A DNA stretch of 64,000 nucleotides, from the NCBI RefSeq assembly GCF_902713615.1, contig NC_052169.1:3599800-3663799 (forward strand). Reading direction: 5' to 3'. Shown here piece after piece: positions 47,701-60,018 of this stretch; the first letter of the stretch is position 1; the number at the start of each line of letters is the position of its first letter. Under the pieces are notes generated by a model. The model was not told where the DNA came from. It saw nothing but the letters and a program-made list of their open reading frames with translations, and searched no databases. Both the position numbers and the translations under genes were made by a program. This DNA is from Scyliorhinus canicula. Lineage: Eukaryota.

Positions 47701-50700
47701 TATCCCAGTGAGAGTCAGTGTGTGTGGGACCCGTACCCCAGTGAGAGTCAGTGTGTGTGGGACTGTACCCCAGTGAGAGTCAGTGTGTGTGGGACCCGTA
47801 CCCCAGTGAGAGTCAGTGTGTGTGGGACCCGTTCCCCAGTGAGAGTCAGTGTGTGTGGGACTCGTACCCCAGTGAGAGTCAGTGTGTGTGGGACCCGTAC
47901 CCCAGTGAGAGTCAGTGTGTGTGGGACTCGTTCCCCAGTGAGAGTCAGTGTGTGTGAGACCCGTACCCCAGTGAGAATCAGTGTGTGTAGGACCCGTACC
48001 CCAGTGAGAGTCAGTGTGTGTGGGACCCGTACCCCAGTGAGAGTCAGTGTGTGTGGGACCCGTACCCCGGTGAGAGTCAGTGTGTGTGGGACCTGTACCC
48101 CAGTGAGTGTCAGTGTGTGTGGGACCCGTACCCCAGTGAGAGTCAGTGTGTGTGGGACCCCAACCCCAGTGAGGGTCAGTGTGTGTGGGACCCCAACCCC
48201 AGTGAGAGTCAGTGTGTGTGGGACCCCAGTGAGAATCAGTGTGTGTGGGACCCCAGTGAGAGTCAGTGTGTGGGACCCGTACCCCAATGAGAGTCAGTGT
48301 GTGTTGGACTCGTACCCCAGTGAGAGTCAGTATGTGTGGGACCCATACCCCAGTGAGAGTCAGTGTGTGTGGGACCCGTACCCCAGTGAGAGTCAGTGTG
48401 TGTGGGACCCGTACCCCAGTGAGAGTCAGTGTGTGTGGGACCCGTACCCCAGTGAGAGTCAGTGTGTGTGGGACCCGTACCCCAGTGAGAGTCAGTGTGT
48501 GGGACCCGTACCCCAGTGAGAGTCAGTGTGTGTTGGACCCGTACCCCAGTGAGAGTCAGTGTGTGTGGGACCCGTGCCCCAGCGAGAGTCAGTGTGTGTG
48601 GGACCCATACCCCAGTGAGAGTCAGTGTGTGTGGGACCCGTCCCCCATTGAGAGTCAGTGTGTGTGGGACCCGTACCCCAGTGAGAGTCAGTGTGTGTGA
48701 GACCCGTACCCCAGTGAGAGTCAGTATGTGGGACCCGTACCCCAGTGAGAGTCAGTGTGTGTGGGACACATACCCCAGTGAGAGTCAGTGTGTGTGTGAC
48801 CCATACCCCAGTGAGAGTCAGTGTGTGTGGGACGTGTACCCCAGTGAGAGTCAGTGTGTGTGGAACCCGTATCCCAGTGAGTGTCAGTGTGTGTGGGACC
48901 CGTACCCCAGTGAGAGTCAGTGTGTGTGGGACTGTACCCCAGTGAGAGTCAGTGTGTGTGGGACCCGTACCCCAGTGAGAGTCAGTGTGTGTGGGACCCG
49001 TTCCCCAGTGAGAGTCAGTGTGTGTGGGACTCGTACCCCAGTGAGAGTCAGTGTGTGTGGGACCCGTACCCCAGTGAGAGTCAGTGTGTGTGGGACTCGT
49101 TCCCCAGTGAGAGTCAGTGTGTGTGAGACCCGTACCCCAGTGAGAATCAGTGTGTGTAGGACCCGTACCCCAGTGAGAGTCAGTGTGTGTGGGACCTGTA
49201 CCCCAGTGAGTGTCAGTGTGTGTGGGACCCGTACCCCAGTGAGAGTCAGTGTGTGTGGGACTGTACCCCAGTGAGAGTCAGTGTGTGTGGGACCCCAACC
49301 CCAGTGAGAGTCAGTGTGTGTGGGACCCCAACCCCAGTGAGAGTCAGTGTGTGTGGGACCCCAGTGAGAATCAGTGTGTGTGGGACCCCAGTGAGAGTCA
49401 GTGTGTGCGACCCGTACCCCAGTGAGAGTCAGTGTGTGTGGGACCCGTACCCCAGTGAGAGTCAGTGTGTGTGGGACCCGTACCCCAGTGAGAATCAGTG
49501 TGTGTGGGACCCCAGTGAGAGTCAGTGTGTGTGTGGGACCCGTACCCCAGTGAGAGTCAGTGTGTGTGTGGGACCCCAGTGAGAGTCAGTGTGTGTGTGA
49601 CCTGTACCCCAGTGAGTGTCTGTATGTGTGGGACCCGTACCCCAGTGAGAGTCAATGTGTGTGGGACCCCAGTGAGAGTCAGTGTGTGTGGGACCCGTAC
49701 CCCAGTGAGAATCAGTGTGTGGGACCCGTACCCCAGTGAGAGTCAGTGTGTGTGTGGGACCCATACCCCAGTGAGAGTCAGTGTGTGTGGGACCCCAGTG
49801 AGAGTCAGTGTGTGTGGGACCCCTACCCCAGTGAGAGTCAGTGTGTGTGGGACCCCAGTGAGAGTCAGTGTGTGTGGGACCCATACCCCAGTGAGTGTCT
49901 GTATGTGTGGAACCTGTACCCCAGTGAGAGTCAGTGTGTGTGGGACCCGTACCCCAGTGAGAGTCAGTGTGTGTGGGACCCATACCCCAGTGAGAGTCAG
50001 TGTGTGTGGGACCCGTACCCCAGTGAAAGTCAGTGTGTGTGGGACTCGTTCCCCAGTGAGAGTCAGTGTGTGTGAGACCCGTACCCCAGTGAGAATCAGT
50101 GTGTGTAGGACCCGTACCCCAGTGAGAGTCAGTGTGTGTGGGACCCGTACCCCAGTGAGAGTCAGTGTGTGTGGGACCCGTACCCCAGTGAGAGTCAGTG
50201 TGTGTGGGACCTGTACCCCAGTGAGTGTCAGTGTGTGTGGGACCCGTACCCCAGTGAGAGTCAGTGTGTGTGGGACCCCAACCCCAGTGAGAGTCAGTGT
50301 GTATGGGACCCCAACCCCAGTGAGAGTCAGTGTGTGTGGGACCCCAGTGAGAATCAGTGTGTGTGGGACCCCAGTGAGAGTCAGTGTGTGGGACCCGTAC
50401 CCCAGTGAGAGTCAGTGTGTGTGTGGGACCCCAGTGAGAGTCAGTGTGTGTGGGACCCTGTACCCCAGTGAGTGTCTGTATGTGTGGGACCCCAACCCCA
50501 GTGAGAGTCAGTGTGTGTGGGACCCCAGTGAGAATCAGTGTGTGTGGGACCCCAGTGAGAGTCAGTGTGTGGGACCCGTACCCCAGTGAGAGTCAGTGTG
50601 TGTGTGGGACCCCAGTGAGAGTCAGTGTGTGTGGGACCCCTACCCCAGTGAGAGTCAGTGTGTGTGGGACCCCAGTGAGAGTCAGTGTGTGTGGGACCCA

Positions 50701-51547
50701 TACCCCAGTGAGTGTCTGTATGTGTGGAACCTGTACCCCAGTGAGAGTCAGTGTGTGTGGGACCCGTACCCCAGTGAGGGTCAGTGTGTGTGGGACCCGT
50801 ACCCCAGTGAGAGTCAGTGTGTGTGGGACCCGTACCCCAGTGAGAGCCAGTGTGTGTGGGCCCGTACCCCAGTGAGAGTCAGTGTGTGTGGGACCCGTAC
50901 CCCAGTGAGAGTCAGTGTGTGTGGGACCCGTACCCCAGTGAGAGTCAGTGTGTGTGGGACCCGTACCCCAGTGAGAGTCAGTGTGTGTGGGACCCATAAC
51001 CCAGTGAGTGTCTGTATGTGTGGAACCTGTACCCCAGTGAGAGTCAGTGTGTGTGGGACCCGTACCCCAGTGAGAGTCAGTGTGTGTGTCACCCGTACCC
51101 CAGTGAGAGTCAATGTGTGTGGGACCCCTACCCCAGTGAGAGTCAGCGTGTGTGGGACCCATACCCCAGTGAGAGTCAGCGTGTGTGGGACCCGTATCCC
51201 AGTGAGAGTCAGTGTGTGTGGGACCCATACCCCAGTGAGTGTCTGTATGTGTGGAACCTGTACCCCAGTGAGAGTCAGCGTGTGTGGGACCCGTACCCCA
51301 GTGAGAGTCAGTGTGTGTGGGACCCGTACCCCAGTGAGAGTCAGTGTGTGTGGAACCTGTACCCCAGTGAGAGTCAGTGTGTGTGGGACCCATACCCCAG
51401 TGAGAGTCAGTGTGTGTGGGACCCGTACCCCAGTGAGAGTCAGTGTGTGTGGAACCTGTACCCCAGTGAGAGTCAGTGTGTGTGGGACCCATACCCCAGT
51501 GAGTGTCTGTATGTGTGGAACCTGTACCCCAGTGAGAGTCAGCGTGT
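38800..51547. repeat. 12.7-kb satellite array, 33-bp unit (CCCCAGTGAGAGTCAGTGTGTGTGGGACCCGTA)n, about 385 copies, with kb-scale higher-order repeats
   Basis: Direct inspection. Identical variant blocks recur at offsets of about 3208, 2478 and 5686 in the ORF track. Confidence 0.98.
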
Positions 51548-52744
51548 TGAACGTGCGGAAACAATTTTAGACTAGGAAGGTAAAAAAAAGGGGGGAAATC
51601 CGTTGAGAATAATCAGAAAAACCGGAAGTGGAAATTCTTGCCCGTCGACCTAACCAAAATGGCAGGAAATTAGCTAACTCAATAGTTTTTTTGCTTTTCC
51701 AAGAACCTAGTCCGACCACAGCGTATTTTCCCGAAGGTGGTAACGTGTGTATCTTTTGTTGCTGACACAGTTAGATGCCGATCAGTCCTGTGGTCAAGTC
51801 AGGACTGCCAAAACCACAGAGAGAAGCAGCTCAGAGGTAAAAGCATGTTTGAACGTTGGAAATTGGAACAGGTGTATAGTGCTTCAGGGCAATTCCATCC
51901 TCCCAGCTTACTGAGCCGATGAATAGGATGATAACCAATCTTCTGCTTCAACTCCACTGTACTGGGAGGGCCCCAAATTCCTGGATTCCACTCGTGCCCA
52001 AAATCCATTGATCTATGGCTTGAAAAACTGAATGACCTCTGTTGTTTGGAGCAGCGAATTCCAACCTTGCACATCCACTTTTAGATTAATTTAAGTTGTC
52101 ATTGCTTTGTCATTAATATGTTTTCTGGCTTCAGCATCAGTCTTCTAATGACCATCATTAAACACTTTTCCGTGCAATTATATTTGTCTTCAAAACCTGA
52201 TCTCCAAAGTTTATTTTTGAGCTCATCGAAATCTTTGCTGCCCCCTCTCCTAACTGGCACCAACTCCTGTTTACTCTGCCCTCTGTGCCCACTAGTCCAT
52301 GTCAGCTCCGAGCTCGGAACATTTCAGTTTAAATTCTCATCCCCAGGAAGTCTTACCCTTCCTTATTTCTGTAATCTCCTCCAGCTCCACAGCTTCTCTA
52401 TTTCTGGGCTCCTGCACATTCCTGATTCTAATTGCTTCCTCATCAATGGCTGTGCGGTTAGCTGCCTGGGCCTAATCTCGCTGATCCCTCTCGAAGACTT
52501 CTCCACCTCTCTCTCCCCATTTCTGTTCCTTAAAACCTACCTCTTTGACCGAGCTTTGACCTGACTCAACATCTTGTGGCTTAATGTCGGTCGTTATCTG
52601 ATAATGTTGTTATGAAATGCTTGGGGGGAGATTCCCAATGTTTCTAGATAAATGTAAGTCGCTGTTCCTTTTTCATTTTGTGTGAGATCCAATAATTCCT
52701 CCCAGCAGCCACATTTAGTGAGTGAGTTCTGACAGTTTCACAAG

Positions 52745-53085
52745 GGACGGCACGGTAGCACAGTGGTTAGCACTGTTGCTTCAAGCGCCAGGGTCCCGGC
52801 TTCGAATCCTGGCTTGGGTCACTGTCTGTGCGGAGTCTGCACATCCTCCCCGTGTGTGCGTGGGTTTCCTCCGGGTGCTCCGGTTTCCTCCCACAGTCCA
52901 AAGATGTGCAGGTTAGGTGGATTGGTTGCGCTAAATTGCCCTTGGTGTCCTAAAAGTTAGGTGGGGTTACTGGGTTACGTTATGGGGATAGGGAGGAGGT
53001 GTGGGCTTGGGTAGGGCGCTCTTTCCAAGGGTGGTGCAGACTCGATGGGTCGAATGGCCTCCTTCTGCACTGTAAATTCAATAAA
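52745..53085 (+). mobile_element. HE1-like V-SINE, full length
   Basis: tRNA head, V-domain and CR1-like tail. Confidence 0.88.
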
Positions 53086-53929
53086 AAAATATTAAATGTA
53101 CCCTATTAACATGGGCCTTGGAGCTCTGTTGGGTCTTTGTTTGGACAGTCTATGTATCCGCTTGAAGAAACTGTTGAGGGAATGACCTCAAAAGGTGACA
53201 GCAGGAAAGCCTTCCAAAAAGGTTTTACTTCCCACCAACCCCCTGACCACCCTCGCACTCAATCCCCCTCCTTGGCATCTCAGTTTTTTGCCTTGGTATC
53301 AATCCTCTGACTGTTCTCCTGGGAGACACCTTGGGGCTTTTTGCTCTGGCAACGTGGTATAGAGCTGAAGTTTCTGTCCAATTTGCTCTAAGGATCTGTA
53401 CCTCTTTTGAGTAAGTTAGTAACAAAGTTAAACTAAGTGGCCCTTATTACCAGGGATGACGATGCAGTTCAGTCCCCCTCGGTGATGGGAGGACCCGACA
53501 GCACCGGTGAACACCTAGCCCCGCCTCTCCAGGAACACCTGGGCAGAGACCTTGGCAAAGGCACGAGGCGGGCAGTCAGTCCAAACAGACCCCTTGACCC
53601 GTCCACGGCCTGGACCTTCCGATGGCTACATTGGCCATGTTCAGGATCCATACTGTGGATTTATGTGCCTCTATCTGAACGATATGATGAAATGCTTTAT
53701 CTCAGCTGACGTTTCATTCAGTTAGTTATACAAATATGATGTACTCGGGGAAGCGATGGTCTAATAAGGCGAGTAATTCTGAGACCCTGGCTAACTGCTC
53801 TGGGTAAATGGCAGCTGCTGGAATTTAGTCGATTGCTAAAACCTTGAATTAAAAAATATATATTCTTGGTAATAGTGAGAATTGTTGATTGTCGTAAAAA
53901 CCGATCTGGTTCAAATGAAGAGGCATTGT

Positions 53930-54550
53930 GAAAGGGGAATAGAGTACAGGGCACCTATGTACACTGATGATCTTTGGTTGTATGTAAGGGATCCGGGGAC
54001 AGTGGTGGGTGATATTCTGGGATACTGGAGAGGTTCGGTTTGTTTTCGGGATATAGGTTGAATATTGGGAAGAGTGAGTTTTTTGAGGTTGGCCCAATGA
54101 GAGGGGCAGCTGAGGTGAGGGGGCTGCCCTCGCGATGAGCTTTCGCTATTTGGGGTTCAGGTGGCGCGGGACTGGACGTGGCTTCGCAAGCTGAACTTTA
54201 CTGGTTTGGCGAGGAGGGCGAGGGTGGATTTGCAGTGGTGGGACAGCCTTCCACTGTCTCTGGCGGGCCGGGTGCAGGTGATTAAGGTGAATATCTGGCC
54301 AAGATTTGTGTTCTTGTTTCTGTGCCTTCTGGTCTTTCTGCCCAAAGTGTTCTTTTGGGGCCTGGTGCAGCTCACAACAGGGTTTATATGGACGGGGTGG
54401 CCATATCAGATTCGGAGGGGTTTTTTGGAGAGGCAGGATGGGGGGTTGGGGGGAGGGCTGGCGCTGCTGAACCTGTTGTTTTACTATTGGGTGACCAATG
54501 CGGAGAAGGTGTTGGGTTGGTTTGGGAACCAAAAGGTTGTCTGGGTTCGG
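53930..54550 (+). mobile_element. L1/Tx1-type ORF2 fragment
   Basis: LYTDDLL-like motif, FSGYRLNIGKSE, and WDSLPLSLAGRVQVIKVNIWPRFVFLF. Confidence 0.85.
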
Positions 54551-54970
54551 ATGCTTGACACCATCCAGGACAAAGCAGTCTTCTTGATTGACACCCCATT
54601 CAGCACCTTAAATATTCACTCCCTCCACCTCCAGTGCACAGTGGAAACTGTGCGTATCATCTACAAGATCCACTTCAGTAACTCACCAAGGCTCCTATGA
54701 CAGCACCTTCCAAACCTATGACTTGTATCACCTAGCAGGACAAGGGCAGCGGATTCCTGGCAACACCAATATTTGCCAAGTCACACATTTCCATTTCTTC
54801 ACTGTCGCCGAGTCAAAATCCAGGAACTCCCTTCCTAACAGCATTGTGTATGTACCTACACCCCATGGTCTGGTGGTTCAAGTAGCTAACTCACCACTAA
54901 CGTCTCAAAGACAATTTGGGATGGGCAATAAATGCTGGCCGAGCTAGCGATGCCCGCATCCTCTGTAAGA
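54551..54970 (+). mobile_element. RTE-type LINE 3' fragment
   Basis: LDTIQDKAVFLI...NIHSLH. Homologous to the 23020-23780 element in the opposite orientation. Confidence 0.72.
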
Positions 54971-55021
54971 ATAAAAACAAGGAGCAAATATAGGTCGGTG
55001 AGTAAAAGGTGAATGGAACTC

Positions 55022-55192
55022 NNNNNNNNNNNNNNNNNNNNNNNNNNNNNNNNNNNNNNNNNNNNNNNNNNNNNNNNNNNNNNNNNNNNNNNNNNNNNNN
55101 NNNNNNNNNNNNNNNNNNNNNNNNNNNNNNNNNNNNNNNNNNNNNNNNNNNNNNNNNNNNNNNNNNNNNNNNNNNNNNNNNNNNNNNNNNNN
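55022..55192. other. Assembly gap (N run)
   Basis: N characters. Confidence 1.
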
Positions 55193-55389
55193 GGTGAGGA
55201 ATCACAGACAAGAATCAAAGTAAGGATGTTTTGCTTCAGTTATACAGGACATTGATGGGATCACATCTGGAATACAGTGTGCAGTGTTGGTCTCCTTATT
55301 TAACTAAGGGTATAAAAGCAGTGGAGGTTCAGAGGAGGTTTACATATTTCCAATTTCCATCCGTCTCACCTTCACATAGTCCATCTCTG

Positions 55390-56085
55390 ACACTTCCTTT
55401 GCCTTCCTTGACCTCTCTGTCTCTATTTCGGGTGATAGACTGATCACCAATTTTCATTACCAGCCCACTGACACCCAAAGCTACCTCGAACACAGTCCGA
55501 ACACCCAGCTTCCAGGAAGGACTCCATCCCATTTCCCAATTTCTCAGTCTCTGCTACATCTGATCCAATGATGCCTCCTTCAATAACAGTCCCTCTGACA
55601 TATCTGTCCTTTTCCTCAATTGAAGTTCCCCCCCCCCCCATCGTGATTGACAAGGCACTCAAATCGGTATGACTCATCTCCCACACCCCTCCCTCCCAGA
55701 ACCCTCCCTCTTGTCCTCACTTTCCATCCGACCAACCTCCACATTCAAAGGATCATTCGCCGCCATTTCCACCAACTCCAACATGATATCACAACTTACC
55801 CCTCACCCCCACCCCTTCCTTCAGCATTCTGCAGGGACCGCTCCCTCTGTGACACCCTGGTTCACTCCTCCATCACCCCCAAATCTCCATCCCCTTCCCA
55901 TGGCACCTTCCTTTGCAATCGCAGGTGCAGCACCTGCCCCTTTATCTCCTCACTGCTCAAGGCCCCAAACTCTCCTTTCAGGTGAAGCAGTGTTTCACTT
56001 GTACCTCCTTCAATTTGGTTCACTGTATTGGCTGCTTCAAACGCTCTCTCCTCTACATTGGGTAGACTAAACACAGATTGGGTAG
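55390..56085 (+). mobile_element. Penelope-like element RT/GIY-YIG fragment, decayed
   Basis: LPLVLTFHPTNLHIQRIIRRHFHQLQHD, AFCRDRSLCDTLVHS, and a GIY-YIG-like LYIG*TKHRLG at about 56052-56082. Confidence 0.82.
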
Positions 56086-56382
56086 AATGATGCAGACGTG
56101 ATGGTTATATAGATTTATTTACAGTGGTCTGCATAATGCAGCATCTCTTTCCCAGTGCAATCCTTCGCTGGGAGGACGTAGATGGGTCTGCCTTTAACCT
56201 TTGCTCATAACGAGTCCCAAGTGTAGGCGTCTGCCCCCTATGTGAAGAGATTGTACTCCACGCGCCCCATGTGGAGATCAATGAAAACTTCCCCGTGGTC
56301 CTCATGGAGGGTATGACACAAGACGATTGCTTTGCAGAATCTTCCGCAGGCATGAGCCCACCTTTCCTGTTTCTTGTCATTT

Positions 56383-56692
56383 AATAATAATAATCTTTAT
56401 TATTGTCACAAGTAGGCTTACATTAACACTGCAATGAAGTTACCGTGAAAATACCCCAGTTGCCACACTCGGTGCCTGCTCAGGTACACTGAGGGAGAAT
56501 TCAGAATGTCTAATTCATCTAACAAGCACGTCTTTCAGGACTTGTGGAAGGAAACCGGAGCACCCGGAGGAAACCCACGCACACACGGGGAGAATGAGCA
56601 GACTCCGCACAGACAGTGACCCAAGCCGGGAATCGAACCTGGGACCCTGGAGCTGTGAAGCAATTGTGCTATCCACAATGCTACCGTGCTGA
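56383..56692 (-). mobile_element. V-SINE with (TTA)n tail
   Basis: tRNA head, V-domain and a tail shared with the short tRNA-SINE family. Confidence 0.85.
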
Positions 56693-56699
56693 ATGCCCT

Positions 56700-57172
56700 T
56701 CACTGCTGATTCCGCAGATCTCCGGGTAAGCGTTCTCCAAGGCGGCCTTCAGGACGCGCGACAACGCAGAATTGCCGAGCAAAAACTTATAGCTAAGTTC
56801 CGCACGCATGAGTGCGGCCTCAACCGGGATCTTGGATTCATGTCGCATTACATCCACCCCCCACCATCTGGCCTGGACTTGCAAACTCCTACCAACTGTC
56901 CTGGCTTGAGACAATTCACACCTCTTTAACCTGGGGTTACCCCCATCTCTGGATCTGTAATGATTTAATTACCTGCAAATGCTCGCATTCCAAGCATTGT
57001 CTGGCATCTCTGACTTTGTCTATATAAATGTTTCTGGAACATACCTCGCCATTCACCTGAGGAAGGAGCAGTGCTCCGAAAGCTCGTGTTTGAAACAAAC
57101 CTGTTGGATTTAACCTGGTGTTGTAAGACTTCTTACTGTGCTCACCCCAGTCCAACGCTGGCATCTCCACAC
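56700..57172 (+). mobile_element. Penelope-like element 3' end (endonuclease C-terminus plus 3' UTR with hammerhead motif)
   Basis: DLRVSVLQGGLQDARQRRIAEQKLIAKFRTHECGLNRD is typical of the PLE C-terminus. Confidence 0.85.
57054..57088 (+). ncRNA. Minimal type I hammerhead ribozyme motif
   Basis: CAC-CTGAGGA-A-GGAGC(AGT)GCTCC-GAAA-GC-TC-GTG: intact CUGAnGA and GAAA boxes, 5-bp stem II, palindromic AGCT stem III, UH site, CAC/GTG stem I. Confidence 0.7.
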
Positions 57173-57263
57173 CATTTTATACAGTTTATAATCCATTGTA
57201 TCTCTCCCTCTCTTTAGCTCTGAAGAAGGGTCATACGGACTCGAAGCTTTAACTCTGTTTCTC

Positions 57264-58682
57264 TGGACAGCACGGTGGCCTAGTGGTTAGCATTGCTGCC
57301 TCACGACGCCGAGGTCCCAGGTTCGATCCCGGCCCTGGGTCACTGTGTGGAGTTTGCACATTCTCCCCGTGTCTGCGTGGGTTTCGCCCCCACAACCCAA
57401 AGATGTGCAGGGTAGGTGGATTGGCCATGCTAACTTACCCCTTAATTGGAAAAAATGAATTGGATACTTTAAATTTATTTTAAAAAACTCTGTTTTTTCC
57501 ATCCAGACGTTCCAGACCTGCTGCGCTTTTCCAGCATTTTCTGTTTTGATTCAGATTTCAGACATCCGCAATATTTTGCTTTAATTTACCAGCTTGATAC
57601 CTGGAACGAGGGGATAGGTTGGACAGACTGGGCTTCTTTCTATCAGAGTTTCTAATAATAATTTTTATCAGTGTCATAAGTAGGCTTACGTTAACACTGC
57701 AATGAAGTTACCGTGGAAATACCCTAGTGGCTACGCTCTGGCGCCTGTTCGGGTACATGGAGGGAGAATTCAGGATGTAATATTCACCCAACAAGCACAT
57801 ATTTCGGGATTTGTGGGAGGAAACCGGAGCACCCAGAGGAAACCCACGCAGACACGGGGAGAAGGTGCAGACTCTGCACGGGGAGAAGGTGCAAACAATG
57901 CTAACCACTGTGCTACCCTGTCGCCCATGAAGAGTGAGGGGGTGACTTGATTGAAGTGCATAAGATCCTGAACAGCTTTGAGAAGGTGGATGTGGAAAGG
58001 CTGTTCCCTCAGGAGTGGGCCCCAGAATTAGAAGGCACTGTTTTATAAAGGCCCTTTTTTATTCTTTCAGAGGGTTTGCCAGTTACCAAGCCTCAACATC
58101 CCTTCTCTCTCTCCACAGATGCTGGCAGGCTTGCTGAGATCGTCCAACATTTTCTGTGGATAGATTCTTGCCAGGTTAGGATATTGAAGGCTATGGGGGG
58201 TGACCGGGACAGGAAGGGTGGCATGGTAGCACTGTTGCTTCACAGCGCCAGGGTCCCAGGTTCGATTCCCGACTTGGGTCACTGTCTGTACGGAGTCTGC
58301 ACGTTCTCCCTGTGTCTGCGTGGGTTTCCTCCGGGTGTCCTCCCACAAGTCCCGAAAGACGTGCTGTTAAGTAAATTCTGAATTCTCCGTCGGTGTACCC
58401 GAATAGGTGCCGGAGTGTGGGCACCAGGGGATTTTCACAGTAACTTCATTGCAGTGTTTTTTTTGATAAATTTAGAGTGCCCAATTCATTTTTTCCAATC
58501 AAGGGCAATTTAGCGTGGCCAATCCACCTACCCAGCACATCTTTTTGGGTTGTGGGGGTGAAACCCACGCAGACACAGGGAGAATATGCAAACTCCACAC
58601 GGACAGTGACCCAGAGCCGGGATTTAACCTGGGACCTTGGCATCGTGAGGCTGCAGTGCTAACCACTGTGCCACCTTGCGGC
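57264..58682. mobile_element. Cluster of four V-SINEs (57264-57487 +, 57652-57927 -, 58216-58455 +, 58462-58682 -) within Penelope/CR1 debris
   Basis: tRNA heads and V-domains. AACTCTGTTT TSD around the first. Confidence 0.82.
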
Positions 58683-58704
58683 CCAATAAAGGTTATTAAC
58701 TGGA

Positions 58705-60018
58705 AACAGGGTGGCGGGGGTCGGGGCCAGGACAGAGGGGGCGAGGCCAGGGGGAGGGGGCTGGGGCCAGGACAGAGGGGGCGAGGCCAGGGGGAGGGGG
58801 CTGGGGCCAGGGGGAGGGGGCTGGGGCCAGGCCAGAGGGGGCGGGACCAGGGTGGTGGGGGCGGGGCCAGGGTGGTGGGGGCGGGGCCAGGGGGCTGGGG
58901 CCAGGAAGAGGGGGCGGGGCCAGGCCAGAGGTGGCGGGGCCAGGATGGCGGGGGCAGGGCCAGGCTGGAGGTGGCGGAGTCAGGCCAGAGGAGGCGGGGC
59001 CAGGATGGTGGGAGTGGGGCCAGGATGGTGGGGGCAGTGCCAAGGTGGTGGGGCCAGGACAGAGGGGGTGGGACCAGGGTGGTGGGGGCGGGACAAGGGT
59101 AGTGGGGGCGAGGCCAGGGTGGTGAGGGCGGTGCCAGGGGGCTGGGGCCAGGACAGAGGGGACGAGGCCAGGGGGAGGGGGCTGGGGCCAGGACAGAGGG
59201 GGCGAGGCCAGAGGGGGAGGGGGCTGGGGCCAAGGGGGAGGGGGCTGGGGCCAGGCCAGAGGGGGCGGGACCAGGGTGGTGGGGGCGGGGCCAGGGTGGT
59301 GGGGGTGGTGCCAGGGGGCTGGGGCCAGGAAGAGGGGGCGGGGCCAGGGTGGTGGGGGCGGGGCCAGGGTGGTGGGGGCGGGGGCCAGGGTGGTGGGGGC
59401 GGTGCCAGGGTGGGGGCGGTGCCAGGGGGCTGGGGCCAGGCCAGAGGTGGCGGGGCCAGGATGGCGGGGGCAGGGCCAGGCTGGAGGTGGCGGGGCCAGG
59501 CGAGAGGGGGCGGGGCCAGGATGGTGGGAGTGGGGCCAGGATGGTGGGGGCAGTGCCAAGGTGGTGGGGCCAGGACAGAGGGGGCGGGACCAGGGTGGTG
59601 GGGGCGGGACCAGGGTAGTGGGGGCGAGGCCAGGGTGGTGAGGGCGGTGCCAGGGGGCTGGGGCCAGGACAGAGGGGACGAGGCCAGGGGAGGGGGCGGG
59701 GCCAGGACAGAGGGGGCGGGACCAGGATGGTGGGGGCGGTGCCAGGGTGGTGGGGGCGGTGCCAGGGTGGTGGGGGCGGGACCAGGGTGGTGGGGGCGGT
59801 GCTAGGGGGCTGGGGCCAGGACAGAGGGGACGAGGCCAGAATGGCGGGGCGGGGCCAGAATGGCGGGGGCGGGGCCAGGCCGGAGGGGGCGAGGCCAGGC
59901 CGGAGGGGGCGAGGCCAGGCCGGAGGGGGCGGGGCCAGGCCGGAGGGGGCGGGGCCAGGCCAGAGGGGACGGGGCCAGGACGGTGGGGGCGGGGCCAGGA
60001 CGGTGGGGGCGGGGCCGG
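58705..60018. repeat. G-rich degenerate minisatellite built on GGGGCGGGGCCAGG (GC-box) units upstream of furin
   Basis: Direct inspection. Includes an internal duplication of about 480 bp (about 58800-59170 vs 59230-59690). Confidence 0.92.

Noticed and set aside
38749-51575. Dozens of WDPYPSESQCV / THTDSHWG repeat ORFs, and a CRISPR-like appearance
   Set aside because: A 33-bp satellite with head-to-tail units, no unique spacers and no cas genes, in a vertebrate context.
53437-53709. 90-aa ORF in unique sequence
   Set aside because: GTG start, no recognisable domain and no convincing exon structure.
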